A DNA stretch of 64,000 bases, taken from the NCBI GenBank assembly GCA_019704295.1, contig AP024596.1, positions 704,001-768,000 of the forward strand, written 5' to 3'. Source of the DNA: Sulfolobales archaeon HS-7. GTDB lineage: Archaea > Thermoproteota > Thermoprotei_A > Sulfolobales > Sulfolobaceae. Each line of letters opens with the position of its first letter. Position 1 is the stretch's first letter. The translations under genes were made by a program, and so were the position numbers. Positions 46,184 through 57,092 of the stretch are shown here, piece after piece. A model generated the notes under the pieces. It saw only the letters and a list, made by a program, of their open reading frames with translations, had not been told where the DNA came from and did no database searches.

Positions 46184-46402
46184 ATGGAAAACAATGACCT
46201 TCGAGGTACTACATGCGATCAATTTATAGTAACTCTCTCTAAAAGACTATTAGCATTAAAACCTGGTGAAAGCATTTCAATAATAGCTGATAAAGATAGA
46301 ATTTTCTGTATGCATATGGTTTTAAAGAATTCCCCTCGTTTTATTTATAAAGCGGATACTAAGGAAGCGTATGCCGAAATAACTATAAAACGATTAAGGT
46401 GA
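46184..46402 (+). CDS. TusA/SirA-like small protein
   Basis: DLRGTTC...LKPGESI.II. Confidence 0.7.
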   Translation: MENNDLRGTTCDQFIVTLSKRLLALKPGESISIIADKDRIFCMHMVLKNSPRFIYKADTKEAYAEITIKRLR

Positions 46403-46575
46403 GAGTTAAACAGTATTAAGGTTTTAATGAAAGCTAAAAACTTAATTCAAGAATTACAAGCATGGCTGAGGCCTGAGGATTAAATCAAATACTACGAAAT
46501 TGTAGCAAGCCCAAACTTCGTCGCACTTTAAGTGTTATGGTTTATTTCCTATCATCTAAAAAATATAACAGTTGT

Positions 46576-47769
46576 ATGAGTGACATAATAGACGGCATAA
46601 TTGAAAGGGCTGAAAACTCTAGGATCTTCCGAAATAAGGAGGTATTAAGGCCTGATTATGTTCCTGGGGAACTTCCACACAGAGAAGAACAAATCAGAAG
46701 ACTTGGGACAATTCTCGTAACCTTACTTCGTAAGGAGAGGCCAAGTAACGTATTTATTTACGGGTTAACGGGGACGGGAAAAACTGCGGTTAGTAAGTTT
46801 GTACTTAACAGTTTGCATAAAAGAGGTAGCAATAGTTTTAAATATGTATATATAAATACGAGGCAAAGTGATACGCCTTACAGAATCCTTGCTGATATAA
46901 TAGAAACTTCCGGATTGACGGTACCGTTCACGGGTATATCTACAGCAGAACTTTACAGAAGGTTGGTTAAAGTTGTTAGACAAGAAAATAGAATAATCGT
47001 TCTTGTCCTTGATGAGATTGATACAGTCGTTAAAAAGCATGGAGATGAGGTTCTTTATAGATTAACTAGAATTAATGAGGAGCTTTCAACATCAAAATTC
47101 ACGATAATAGGAATTACGAACGATATTAATTTCGTGGACTTACTCGATCCACGTGTCAAAAGCAGTCTGGGTGAGGAGGAGTTAGTTTTTCCTCCCTATA
47201 ATGCATCCGAATTAGAAGACATCCTCTCAAGAAGAGTAAGGGAAGCCTTAAAGGAAGGAACGTATTCTCAGAACGTTATATCATTATGTGCTGCATTAGC
47301 CGCAAGAGAACATGGTGATGCTAGAAGAGCCCTAGATCTTATTCGTGTATCAGCAGAAATTGCTGAGAGAGGAGGTAAAAATCAGATTGCTGAAGACGAT
47401 GTATATCTTGCTAGAAACGAGATTGAAAGGGATAGAGTTACAGAAGTTTTGGAAAGTCTTCCATTTCACTCTAAGTTAGTCCTGATAGCGATAATTAAGG
47501 GATTGGAACAGAGAAAGCAATTGATTACGGGAGAGGTATACGATATTTACAGAAGATATGCTAAACGACTAGGTCTAGAGAGTATATCCCAAAGAAGAGT
47601 AAGTGACATAATAAATGAACTGGATATGGTAGGTCTGATAAACGCTAAAGTGATTAATCGTGGGAGATATGGGAAGACGAAGGAAGTTACAATAACGAAA
47701 GAGATAAGGGATGCTGTAGCAAAAGTAGTTATTAATGATGAGAAACTTGCTAGTGTCTGGAGTGGATGA
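46576..47769 (+). CDS. cdc6-1: Orc1/Cdc6 replication initiator (Cdc6-1 type)
   Basis: [43 protein letters not shown]; ATG 46576 preferred. Confidence 0.93.
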   Translation: MSDIIDGIIERAENSRIFRNKEVLRPDYVPGELPHREEQIRRLGTILVTLLRKERPSNVFIYGLTGTGKTAVSKFVLNSLHKRGSNSFKYVYINTRQSDTPYRILADIIETSGLTVPFTGISTAELYRRLVKVVRQENRIIVLVLDEIDTVVKKHGDEVLYRLTRINEELSTSKFTIIGITNDINFVDLLDPRVKSSLGEEELVFPPYNASELEDILSRRVREALKEGTYSQNVISLCAALAAREHGDARRALDLIRVSAEIAERGGKNQIAEDDVYLARNEIERDRVTEVLESLPFHSKLVLIAIIKGLEQRKQLITGEVYDIYRRYAKRLGLESISQRRVSDIINELDMVGLINAKVINRGRYGKTKEVTITKEIRDAVAKVVINDEKLASVWSG

Positions 47770-48283
47770 TGGTTTTTTCCCCATAAAGTTTAAGGGAAAA
47801 AAAGGAAAGACCGTGTTATCCTCAGTTACTTATGATGATAAAAGGGTCGTTTATATAGATCTTAACAGAATAACCGTTGATGGAAATGACGGTACAGACG
47901 CTTTCAGAACATTAAGAAAAGGAGATATAACTATTTTAGACGGGGTAATTTATGCTGGGTTTAATTACATTACTCCAGATCAAAACTATATAATTTTCTA
48001 TTCATCAAGACCTAACATAGAAAAAATTAAGGAGGCTCTCATTAAACATTTCTATAATGAAAATGAGAAAATATCATACGTGGTAAACATTTTAAACGGA
48101 TTATCTAGGATTACGACTAAATGGGGTGACGTGTTTATTTATACCGACTTAAAAATCCAAGATGCAGTAAAAATTATTGAGAAATATCAGTTTTTTTCTA
48201 TAAGACCTGAACCGTTAAGGACGGCTCATATAATTTCTAGTTCTGTAGCAAGATTTTTACTAAATAAGCATAATAGCCTCTAA
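47735..48283 (+). CDS. DUF99 (endonuclease V-like) protein
   Basis: GVDDG, ITVDG.D.T, LDGV.YAGFN, PEPLR.AH. Confidence 0.85.
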   Translation: MMRNLLVSGVDDGFFPIKFKGKKGKTVLSSVTYDDKRVVYIDLNRITVDGNDGTDAFRTLRKGDITILDGVIYAGFNYITPDQNYIIFYSSRPNIEKIKEALIKHFYNENEKISYVVNILNGLSRITTKWGDVFIYTDLKIQDAVKIIEKYQFFSIRPEPLRTAHIISSSVARFLLNKHNSL

Positions 48284-48359
<76 letters not shown>

Positions 48360-48425
48360 AACTAATTATCTATGAACAAAAGTTATTTTTATGTTCTTTG
48401 GTTTCATGTAAGGATTAACCTAAAA

Positions 48426-48812
48426 CTACTTAACTAGAAGGGGAAGTAGGAATATCGCGAATAGCAGGTTAAATAACACGATTGCTGTTATAATAGTGTA
48501 TAGTTTATCTCTCTCTAAACCAAAATTTATAACAGATGCAAGCACTCTAATCACAGGAGTTGCTATTAGTACAATTAACCCGAGATATATAAGGGCAAGT
48601 CCGTCGCCTTTTAGTATAAGTGGGGGAATTTTATATACACTGGCAGTAGAAGTATTTACAATGGAATGAACTGACGCTATTTGGGATAACGAGTATCCCT
48701 GTGCTCCCCCATGAATGAATATTTCCGCAGCACCTATAGCTAGCAGTACTCCGCTGATAATCACTCCTATTCTGAGAATGTTGCCTATTACTGTATCAAA
48801 ATCTAGCTTCAT
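48426..48812 (-). CDS. DUF1634 membrane protein
   Basis: LRIGV and GL.VLIATP..RV; coupled to the TauE gene. Confidence 0.85.
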   Translation of the reverse strand: MKLDFDTVIGNILRIGVIISGVLLAIGAAEIFIHGGAQGYSLSQIASVHSIVNTSTASVYKIPPLILKGDGLALIYLGLIVLIATPVIRVLASVINFGLERDKLYTIITAIVLFNLLFAIFLLPLLVK

Positions 48813-49666
48813 ACAGGTACCCCGAGCCCACGTAATATGCTTTCTATTGCTAAAATGCCTATCAGTATTAGGAATAACATTCTCACCCTAGTGTTTCTTA
48901 TTTTTACTAGTATTTTACTTCCGAAGAATGAGCCAATCAGGACTCCAATAGCTGTTGCAGCAGCTAAAAATGGCTGAATATAGCCAAAAAACCAATAGAT
49001 TGAGGAGCCCGTAGCTGCAGTAACTCCTATCATAAAATTGCTGGTTGTAGTAGTTACCTTCATAGGTAAGTTCATAGCGAAATCCATTCCAAGTACTTTA
49101 AGTGCTCCACTTCCTATACCCAAAAGTCCTGAGATAAACCCTGCGAAGAACATTACTATCGCCCCTAGCCACCATCTAATACCTATATATCTTACTTCTC
49201 TATTTAACGCTAAATCGTAATATGAACCCTGCATTTTGAAAATCCTGGTTGTCCAGTCGGGTTTTTTTTCAGATGGTAATTCTGCTTTCATTTTTTGTAT
49301 AGAAGTAAATATTGATATAAGTAATACCGCGCCTAATGAAAGGTAAATGATGTACGTCAGTCCATGCGTGTAAATGTACTCAGCTGTAAGTGAACCTACA
49401 ATTGAGCCTAAGGTTGTCCCTATTTCTAATGACATTCCTATTCTTAGATTAACTATTCTATCCTTAACATACGCACTAGCTGCACCACTTGACGTAGCTA
49501 TTGTGGATATTAAACTTGCTCCGGCAGCGTAGATTATTGGAATATTTAGGTAGAGACTTAAAATAGGTACTAATACCGTTCCGCCTCCCAAACCAGTTAG
49601 GGAGCCTAATAACCCTGCAGCAATACTCACTATTACTATTTCTAGGAAGAAAAACAACGCTAGCAT
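48809..49666 (-). CDS. TauE/SafE-family exporter
   Basis: GSLTGLGGG, SGLLGIGSG, TSNFMIGVTAA. Confidence 0.9.
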   Translation of the reverse strand: MLALFFFLEIVIVSIAAGLLGSLTGLGGGTVLVPILSLYLNIPIIYAAGASLISTIATSSGAASAYVKDRIVNLRIGMSLEIGTTLGSIVGSLTAEYIYTHGLTYIIYLSLGAVLLISIFTSIQKMKAELPSEKKPDWTTRIFKMQGSYYDLALNREVRYIGIRWWLGAIVMFFAGFISGLLGIGSGALKVLGMDFAMNLPMKVTTTTSNFMIGVTAATGSSIYWFFGYIQPFLAAATAIGVLIGSFFGSKILVKIRNTRVRMLFLILIGILAIESILRGLGVPV

Positions 49667-49787
49667 CTACTCACCAGAGTTAAAGGGTTTTATTTGGCAT
49701 TTAAAAAAACGATCCTCAGAAACTAGGATATAACATAGTATTTGTTCGGTTACTTAGTAAATAAATTATGAGATTGGTAAAAGTATA

Positions 49788-50117
49788 CTACGACGAAAGA
49801 ATCTCTATAGCCTTTGCTATATCACCATTAGCCTTTCTAAGAGCTGTTACACATTCCTCCCTGTTCTTTCCTGTCTGTTGCATTACGAAATTTATATCAT
49901 CCTCGTTTATCTCTATTTCCTCCTTCTTTTCTCTCTCCTCAATTTTACCTCCAGTAACGGCGTACATGTTCTGCCCTTGCCCAGAAACATAAGTAACTGT
50001 AGGCGAATCTATCGTTATTACTTTATCGTTAGTTTCGATTATTACTCTAATAGCGTTGATTTCCTCAACATTAATACCAAACTTTTTTAGTTTTTTCAAA
50101 TCATTAGCCTTAAACAT
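49788..50117 (-). CDS. nac: nascent polypeptide-associated complex protein
   Basis: NAC domain plus UBA domain (EDDI.FV.QQTG...NGDIAKAI). Confidence 0.9.
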   Translation of the reverse strand: MFKANDLKKLKKFGINVEEINAIRVIIETNDKVITIDSPTVTYVSGQGQNMYAVTGGKIEEREKKEEIEINEDDINFVMQQTGKNREECVTALRKANGDIAKAIEILSS

Positions 50118-50184
50118 AACTATTATCCCTTTTTCAGACAAAATTTAATACTTTGTGGTGAATTAACGATATCTATCGGATATA

Positions 50185-51462
50185 ATGTATTCGCTAAAGA
50201 TACTAGGAGGAGGTCAGGAGGTAGGGAGAAATTCTTTAGAGATATCTAAGGATGGCAGCGAAAGTATAATGCTAGACTGTGGGGTAAACTTTGACGAAAA
50301 AGACATGCCTCGTCTTCCGTTACAAGTCGCCTCTCCAGTGAAGCTAAAGGGAATAGTGGTCTCTCATTCTCACTTAGATCATACTGGAGGACTCCCACTA
50401 TATCAAATATCAACATCTATTCCTATTTATGGAACGCAAATAACTAAGCAAATTTCAGAACTAATACTAAGTGATTTCCTTAAGCTTTCTGGTGCGATGT
50501 TACCGTTTGAGTTAAGGGAAGTTCAGAAGACTTTAGGGAATTTCATAAGTCTTAACTATAAGGATACAGTTGAAGTAGGAGGATTTACAATTGAGATAAC
50601 TAAAGCAGGTCACATACCTGGAAGTACATTAACTATAGTGAAAACTGAAAAAGGAGATATTGCATACAGCGGAGATATAAACACAACAGAAACTAAGTTG
50701 TCAGGACCTGCAGACCTTTCGGAAGTCAGAGACGCAAAGGTCTTCATAATAGAGGGAACTTACGGTAAGTTTAATCATCCCGACAGAAGGAAAGTTGAAG
50801 AGGATTTCGTTTCGAAGGCAAAAGAGGTAATTGAGGGCGGAGGGATAGTTTTAGTTCCTGCATTCAGCTTGGCAAGAAGTCAGGAAATATTATCCGTTCT
50901 CGCCGAGAGGAATTTTGAATATGACGTCTATTATGACGGTATGAGTAAGGATATGTTAAGAATTATGTTACAAAATAAAAACGAAATTAATAGATACGAC
51001 ATATTAGTAAAAGCTTCGGAGACGTTTAATCCAGTGAGAGGATGGAGGGATAGAAAGGAAGTTCTGAGGCAAAAAGGGCTTGTGATAACTGGTGCAGGAA
51101 TGCTGAAAGGAGGAGCAGCAGTTTTCTATTATAAGAAGATAGCGGATGACAAGCGTAATGCCGTATTTATGGTAGGTTATCAGGCAGAGGGTACTCCAGG
51201 GAGAAGAATATTGGAAACTGGAATGTTCGATGAGCAGTCCCCTCCTTTAAAGGCTAGGCTCGAGTTGTTTGATTTTTCGTCACATGCCGGGAGAGATCAA
51301 TTAGTGGATATAATAAAGCACTCTAACTTGGTGGAAAAAGTGATCATAGTGCATTCATCGATTGAGAGCGGTAAAGTGTTGGCTAAAACTATTATGGAAA
51401 AACTTAATGGTGTAAATGTATATTTTCCAGCAGAAGGAGATGAAATTAAATTGTTTGACTAA
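50185..51462 (+). CDS. beta-CASP ribonuclease (aCPSF2-like)
   Basis: GGGQEVGR, SHSHLDH, AGHIPGS, EGTYG, FSSHAG. Confidence 0.9.
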   Translation: MYSLKILGGGQEVGRNSLEISKDGSESIMLDCGVNFDEKDMPRLPLQVASPVKLKGIVVSHSHLDHTGGLPLYQISTSIPIYGTQITKQISELILSDFLKLSGAMLPFELREVQKTLGNFISLNYKDTVEVGGFTIEITKAGHIPGSTLTIVKTEKGDIAYSGDINTTETKLSGPADLSEVRDAKVFIIEGTYGKFNHPDRRKVEEDFVSKAKEVIEGGGIVLVPAFSLARSQEILSVLAERNFEYDVYYDGMSKDMLRIMLQNKNEINRYDILVKASETFNPVRGWRDRKEVLRQKGLVITGAGMLKGGAAVFYYKKIADDKRNAVFMVGYQAEGTPGRRILETGMFDEQSPPLKARLELFDFSSHAGRDQLVDIIKHSNLVEKVIIVHSSIESGKVLAKTIMEKLNGVNVYFPAEGDEIKLFD

Positions 51463-51514
51463 ATCAGTCAAAATTAACGTATAGATTTTTGTCTCAAAGA
51501 AGTTCTGATTAAAT

Positions 51515-51571
51515 ATGGATGAACGAGGTCTTAAGTTCTGACAATAGATGATGACGAAACCCACGCTGTGA
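51515..51571 (+). ncRNA. box C/D sRNA candidate
   Basis: TGGATGA-15 nt-CTGA-caatag-ATGATGA-13 nt-GTGA. Confidence 0.7.
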
Positions 51572-51607
51572 CTCAGTATACTAGCAGTATAGGAATAACA
51601 AACTGAC

Positions 51608-51790
51608 ACAATCCTTCCACTGGGAAAACGTGTAGCACTAGGGATGAGAATAACGAGTCACTATAATGGTTAGTTCCAACAGGTGCAAGTTGGCAAGAGC
51701 AAGAACGTCAAAAATATAACGGTGAACTAGGGACCCTTCTGGACACGCTGTTCCCATAGCTATGTTAGAGGCCAAGCATATAGCGCCTTT
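51608..51790 (+). repeat. repeat family C copy 2
   Basis: Aligns with 45635-45815. Confidence 0.75.
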
Positions 51791-52132
51791 GGATAATAAG
51801 ACATTTATACCGAAAACTTACTATTTTCAATATTGTAGTTTGAGTGGATGTTTTCAATAATACAGGTTGTCGCTAACCATTACGTCCTCACAAATACGAC
51901 TTCTTTTTCTATTACATACCTCATTTGTAAGTAACGGTTCTATAGGTCAAAAGGGGTTAATGTCGCATTATAGGATTCCTTTTTACCTAATATGGATAGT
52001 TTTAAGAATAGAAGGTTATATTAACAACCTTAAATATTTCCGTAAAGATTACCTTTTCCTTATTTTAATATATTAACTCAGCTTTTAGTGGATAAACAAA
52101 AATATGTGACAGAAATTAGTGGAGTAGTGAAT

Positions 52133-52194
52133 GGGTCCCTGGAGGCCCACTTTCACAGAGTCCAAACGGACACTCAGTGGGAGTCGCCAGACCC
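52133..52194 (-). ncRNA. structured K-turn hairpin RNA candidate (H/ACA-like)
   Basis: GGGTC/GACCC, CCCAC/GTGGG and GTCC-GTTT-GGAC stems with a CTGA/TGTGA tandem GA motif. Confidence 0.5.
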
Positions 52195-52246
52195 TAATTC
52201 AAAGAGGGGGGAAAAGTCTTAAAAACATTGATGAAGACTATTCTCT

Positions 52247-52330
52247 GCCGTCGTAGCTCAGCCCGGGAGAGCACCCGGCTGAAGGAGGCCGGAAACCGGG
52301 GTGTCCGGGGTTCAAATCCCCGCGACGGCA
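52247..52330 (+). tRNA. tRNA-Phe(GAA) with 10-nt intron (52285-52294)
   Basis: GCCGTCG/CGACGGC-A; CCCGG-CTGAAG[GAGGCCGGAA]A-CCGGG. Confidence 0.93.
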
Positions 52331-52470
52331 TTATATTTAGTATAAACTCGATTAGTTGAACTCACTTTCAATCGGATTATACTATACTATATTAACCATA
52401 TACCCTTATGTTTCTCATTCGACTCCTACGCCTTTTACAAGACTAACTATCTTGGGTATATGGAGAGCAA

Positions 52471-52675
52471 TTGTCATTACTTTCAAATAACGGTGAAGTT
52501 TGTATACTTCTTATATAAAACATATTTTATAAATCTTATCATCAGATATGGATGAGTTTTCCCAAAAAAGTGACAGGGCATTCCACAAATGTACGGGTTT
52601 CCCAATATGAGCAAGTGTGAATTGCCCGCTAAAGGGACGAAGAGAAATGCTTTCGATTTCAGCAAGGCCATTCAA
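52471..52675 (+). mobile_element. MITE family A copy 3 (truncated)
   Basis: GTGACAGGGC, CGGGTTTCCC and CCGCTAAAGGGACGAAG shared with copies 1 and 2. Confidence 0.65.
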
Positions 52676-52968
52676 ATACCTCTATTAACGTTGATTACGG
52701 AAGATGCTGGAAAGGTACTGAGTACTTTACTACTGGGAAACTGTTATCAACTGTACTAATGGTTTGCTTCTTAGAGAAGCTCTTCCTTAAATTTTACGTG
52801 ATTTCTATTAAAAGTTATTATAATTAGCTTATTTCGATCAAAAATTCTCAATTACCTTACGTTAAGTATTATTAAATCTCTTGAAGCCGAAGAAAGCGCT
52901 GTTAGAGTTTTTATAAACTTGTCGTATAATGTTTTTTTCCATTACTCATATAGAGAGAAAATTATCCA

Positions 52969-54186
52969 CTAATCTATCACCTTGACATCAAGTCCTTCCG
53001 ACTTTAATTTCGACATGAATGAAAATAGTGCCTCTTGAAATATTAGTTCAAAGGTTACATATACATTAGTAAAACCTGGACTTACCTCAGCACTTATTCT
53101 GTCATGCTGTACCTCTATTACATTGCCCTTAACATCCGCTACGTAACCAAGAATTCTATTTAAATATCCAGGTTTATCTGGAACTACTACTTTAACTCTA
53201 ACAATTTGCTTATGCTTGTGCCTTACATGCGCTATTACATTTGAAAGAAGAGATAAATCTATATTTCCTCCACTAATTAACGATATAACTTTTTTACCTT
53301 TCACGTCAACTCTGCCAGAGATCAGCGGAGCAACAGATGCTGCCCCTGCACCCTCAGCTAATGTTTTAGCTCTTTCCAACAATAACGTTATTGCCTCTGA
53401 TATTTCCTCATCATCAACCGTTACCACGTCATCTACAAGATCTTTAATTACCTCAAAAGTGATCTCGGAAGGCGTTTTAACTAATATACCGTCAGCAATA
53501 GAAAAAGATGGTTGTACTTCAGTCAGTTTTCCCGTTTTCTTTGACATTGCAAGAGAAGGTGAAGCCTTTGACTGTACTCCTATAATTTTTACAGATGGTA
53601 AGAGATTTCTCAATCCAATGGAAATCCCGGAAATAAGCCCTCCTCCCCCTATTGGGACTAAGACTACATCAGGTCTCAGTTCAGCTATTTCAAAGCTAAT
53701 CGTTCCTTGTCCTAAAACTACGTCAATATCATCATAAGGGTGTACTAAAGTATAACCGTATGCAGACATAAGTTCCTCTGCTTTTTTCATACTTTCATGA
53801 ATGTAATTACCATATAGAACCACCTCAGCTCCGTACTCTCTCGTTGCAAGGTATTTGGATATAGGAGCGTTTTCTGGCATAACAATAACAGACTTTATCT
53901 TCAATTTATTAGCAGCATAAGCTACACCCTGAGCATGGTTACCTGCCGAAACCGCAATAACACCCTTATTCTTTTGAGGTAATAAGGTAAGCATCTTGTT
54001 AAACGCTCCTCTAACCTTAAATGAACCAGTCTTCTGTAAATTCTCCAACTTTAGGTATACTTCCCCTTGACAAATTCGAGATAAGGTATTAGAGTAGTCC
54101 GTAGGCGTAACATGAATAAAGTCGATGATTCTATCCCTACTCTTTTTAAGATCCTCAAATAATTCACTGTAACTACGATTAAGCAT
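52969..54186 (-). CDS. ilvA: threonine ammonia-lyase with ACT domain
   Basis: [35 protein letters not shown]. Confidence 0.93.
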   Translation of the reverse strand: MLNRSYSELFEDLKKSRDRIIDFIHVTPTDYSNTLSRICQGEVYLKLENLQKTGSFKVRGAFNKMLTLLPQKNKGVIAVSAGNHAQGVAYAANKLKIKSVIVMPENAPISKYLATREYGAEVVLYGNYIHESMKKAEELMSAYGYTLVHPYDDIDVVLGQGTISFEIAELRPDVVLVPIGGGGLISGISIGLRNLLPSVKIIGVQSKASPSLAMSKKTGKLTEVQPSFSIADGILVKTPSEITFEVIKDLVDDVVTVDDEEISEAITLLLERAKTLAEGAGAASVAPLISGRVDVKGKKVISLISGGNIDLSLLSNVIAHVRHKHKQIVRVKVVVPDKPGYLNRILGYVADVKGNVIEVQHDRISAEVSPGFTNVYVTFELIFQEALFSFMSKLKSEGLDVKVID

Positions 54187-54679
54187 TTTCTAGCCTCTTA
54201 ACTCTATTAACAATTGGCTCTTTAAGCTTCTTATAAGTGTCTTCTAAAGTCTCTGGCATAACCTTTGTATTACTAGTAAGAGCTATGAAGTTTAGATCTC
54301 CAATCCATCGAGGAATAACGTGAATATGAATGTGTTGCTCTACACCTGCACCAGAGGCCCTTCCTATGTTAATACCTATATTTAAACCTTCAGGTTTATA
54401 GACTTCCCTTAGAGTATCAACTGAAATTTTAAGGAGATTCATCATCTCGTCGATTTCCTCATGTTCTAACAATTCAATGCTAGGTACATGACGATAAGGA
54501 ACTATCATAAGATGACCAGTATTATAGGGATATAAGTTTAATATTATGTATGATTTTACTCCCCGGTATATTATATAGACATCCTGATCATCCTTTTGAA
54601 CTACGTTACATAATATACATCCTTCGCCTTTGTTCCCGACAATATACTTCATCCTCCATGGAGACCATAAAATATCCAT
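54179..54679 (-). CDS. HIT-family hydrolase
   Basis: [24 protein letters not shown]. Confidence 0.92.
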   Translation of the reverse strand: MDILWSPWRMKYIVGNKGEGCILCNVVQKDDQDVYIIYRGVKSYIILNLYPYNTGHLMIVPYRHVPSIELLEHEEIDEMMNLLKISVDTLREVYKPEGLNIGINIGRASGAGVEQHIHIHVIPRWIGDLNFIALTSNTKVMPETLEDTYKKLKEPIVNRVKRLENA

Positions 54680-54724
54680 AAGAATAGGTTAAGTCGTTCT
54701 GAGTTAATATTAGTAATTGGAGGG

Positions 54725-54960
54725 ACCCCTTGGTTTCCACTGGAACTTAATTGATAAGATATAAAGCAGATTAAGTCAGGTTATACAAACTAAAGGAGTG
54801 AAAACATTCTCTACTTTCCAAATGAAAGAGAGGGGTATCTGGGAAAACGTTTATAGTTCAGAAGAGTTGAATATTGATTAAGATAAGTCAGTTTAATAAT
54901 TGTATGAAAAACGATATTCAAATTGTTGTTAACTGGTTTCTCCAGTGGAAATTAAGGGGT
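54725..54960. other. replication origin (oriC1-type) with three ORB elements
   Basis: GTTCCAGTGGAAACCAAGGGGT (54725-54746, -), TTCCAAATGAAAGAGAGGGGT (54816-54836, +) and CTCCAGTGGAAATTAAGGGGT (54940-54960, +) with AT-rich spacers. Confidence 0.88.
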
Positions 54961-55071
54961 AATTTACTCCCCGGTTAAACGCGGAGAAATATTATAAAAG
55001 TAAAATATTAGCTAGTTATAGTAGAATATCAATAAAATTTTTATAAAAAAGTGCAAAAAGGCGTTATAATA

Positions 55072-55155
55072 CGCCGGGGACGGGATTCGAACCCGTGCGG
55101 GGAAACCCCCACCGGCTCTCCAGGCCGGCCCCTTAGTCCGCTCGGGCACCCCGGC
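55072..55155 (-). tRNA. tRNA-Ser(GGA)
   Basis: GCCGGGG/CCCCGGC-G, anticodon loop CTGGAGA, long variable arm. Confidence 0.96.
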
Positions 55156-55160
55156 ACTAG

Positions 55161-55472
55161 TTATTGTATTAATTCTATCTCTATATACACGTTTTCAGGG
55201 ACTCTAAGTCTCATTAGTTGTTTCATAACACGTTCATCTGCTGCTATATCGATCAGCCTTTTATGGACACTCATTCTCCATTTCTCCCATTTCTTTCTAC
55301 CTTCTCCATGTGGAAGTTTCATAACGGGCACTGTCATGTTTTTAGTTGGAATAGCTATTGGTCCTCTCATATATATTCCTGATTTCTCCGCAATATTTCT
55401 TATTTGTGTTACTACGTTTTGAAGATCCTCTACATTAGTACTCCATAGCCTTATTCTTGCTCTAGAGGGCAT
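55161..55472 (-). CDS. rps10: 30S ribosomal protein S10
   Basis: [21 protein letters not shown]. Confidence 0.97.
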   Translation of the reverse strand: MPSRARIRLWSTNVEDLQNVVTQIRNIAEKSGIYMRGPIAIPTKNMTVPVMKLPHGEGRKKWEKWRMSVHKRLIDIAADERVMKQLMRLRVPENVYIEIELIQ

Positions 55473-55496
55473 ATATTAAGGCACCAATTTAGTATA

Positions 55497-56804
55497 TTAC
55501 TTAATTTCTATTTTGGCGGGCTTTACATTGGTTACCGTTCCTACGCCAACAGTCTTAGACATATCTCTTATTGCGAACCTCCCCAGTTTTGGAAACTCTG
55601 ATACTTTCTCCACAACTACAGGCTTTAATGGTTTAAACGTAACCATCGCGAGATCTCCCCTCTTAAGTAATTTCGGATTTTCCTCTATAACTTTTCCAGT
55701 GTTATCCATTCTGTTCTTAATTTGTACTATCTTACATGAAACACTTGCTTCATGAACGTGGAGATAGGGGGTGTACCCGACTGGTATTGCTGTTGGATGC
55801 CATACAATAAATAATGTTGCATCAAACTCATCTGCAACCGTTGGTGGGTTGTCAGGATGTCCAATCACGTCACCTCTCTTGACATCATTCTTTGTTAATC
55901 CCCTTAAGTTTACACCTACATTATCCCCAGGTTCGGCCTTATCAACTCTCTCATGGTGAGTTTCGATCGTACGTACCTCTGTTGCTTTTCCTGACGGTAA
56001 GATGACTACCTTATCTCCGGTCTTTAAAGCACCAGTCTCAACTCTACCTGTGACAACAGTGCCAACTCCTGTAACAGATATCACTTCTGTTATTGGCATT
56101 CTTAACGGTTTATCAATAGGCTTTGGCGGAATTTCTAAAGTATCGAGAAGTTCCTCTAGTGTAGGACCGTTATACCAGGGCATTTTATCCGATTTTACGT
56201 AAAGATTATCACCAGTAAGTGCAGACACTGGGACAAATCTAACCTTACTCATGTTCATAACTACTTCTTTCTCTAAGTACCTCTTTACTGTCTCCATTAC
56301 CTCATTATATCTTTTTTGATCGTATGGTGGTTCTGTAGCATCGATTTTGTTTATAGCTACAATTAACTGGCTTACACCCATTACCTTAGCTAGCAACGCA
56401 TGTTCACGCGTCTGCCCTTCAGATGACATACCAGCTTCAAACTCACCCTTTCTAGCAGATACAACTAAAATAGCCGCATCAGCTTGACTGGTACCAGTGA
56501 TCATGTTTTTAACGAAATCCCTATGACCAGGGGCGTCAATAATGGTGAAGAAGTACTTTTTAGTTTCAAACTTCATGAAACTTAAGTTAATCGTGATTCC
56601 TCTTTCTCTCTCCTCTTTCATTCTATCAAGCAGAAAGGCAACTTTGTCCGAGTCTTTTCCAAGTTTTTTAGCCGCCTCCTCAGCCTCTTTAAGTGTTTTT
56701 TCATCTATGAATCCTCTATTAAGCAGTAAATTCCCAACTAATGTACTTTTACCGTGGTCTATGTGGCCTATTACTATTAGGTTTAAGTGTGGTTTTTGTG
56801 GCAT
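55497..56804 (-). CDS. tuf: elongation factor EF-1 alpha
   Basis: GHIDHGKST, ERERGITI, DAPGHRDFVKNMITG, LGRFAIRD. Confidence 0.98.
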   Translation of the reverse strand: MPQKPHLNLIVIGHIDHGKSTLVGNLLLNRGFIDEKTLKEAEEAAKKLGKDSDKVAFLLDRMKEERERGITINLSFMKFETKKYFFTIIDAPGHRDFVKNMITGTSQADAAILVVSARKGEFEAGMSSEGQTREHALLAKVMGVSQLIVAINKIDATEPPYDQKRYNEVMETVKRYLEKEVVMNMSKVRFVPVSALTGDNLYVKSDKMPWYNGPTLEELLDTLEIPPKPIDKPLRMPITEVISVTGVGTVVTGRVETGALKTGDKVVILPSGKATEVRTIETHHERVDKAEPGDNVGVNLRGLTKNDVKRGDVIGHPDNPPTVADEFDATLFIVWHPTAIPVGYTPYLHVHEASVSCKIVQIKNRMDNTGKVIEENPKLLKRGDLAMVTFKPLKPVVVEKVSEFPKLGRFAIRDMSKTVGVGTVTNVKPAKIEIK

Positions 56805-57092
56805 TGGAATTACCTCCTAATTTGGAACATCATGTATAACATTAAAAATCTTAGCATACTACAGACCAGCGCGTCCTATACTTCCTAGTTCTTAAATATG
56901 AGGTAAGATTTCACTCACTAGTTTCATCAAAAGTTTCAAGCATGGAATTTCAGTAAATCTGTAAGTTATTACCCTTTCTCCTGTTAGACTTATGGAATCA
57001 TATTAAGGTCGATTTCTCCTTCTTTCACTGAACCCTGAAAAAAGTCGGTTATGTTAAAGGTTATTAACGAAGTGATAAATAACTAATATATA

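Noticed and set aside
52158-52182. TCCAAACGGACACTCAGTGGG as an extra ORB
   Set aside because: It is a single poor match lacking the GAAA core, and is better explained as part of the hairpin.
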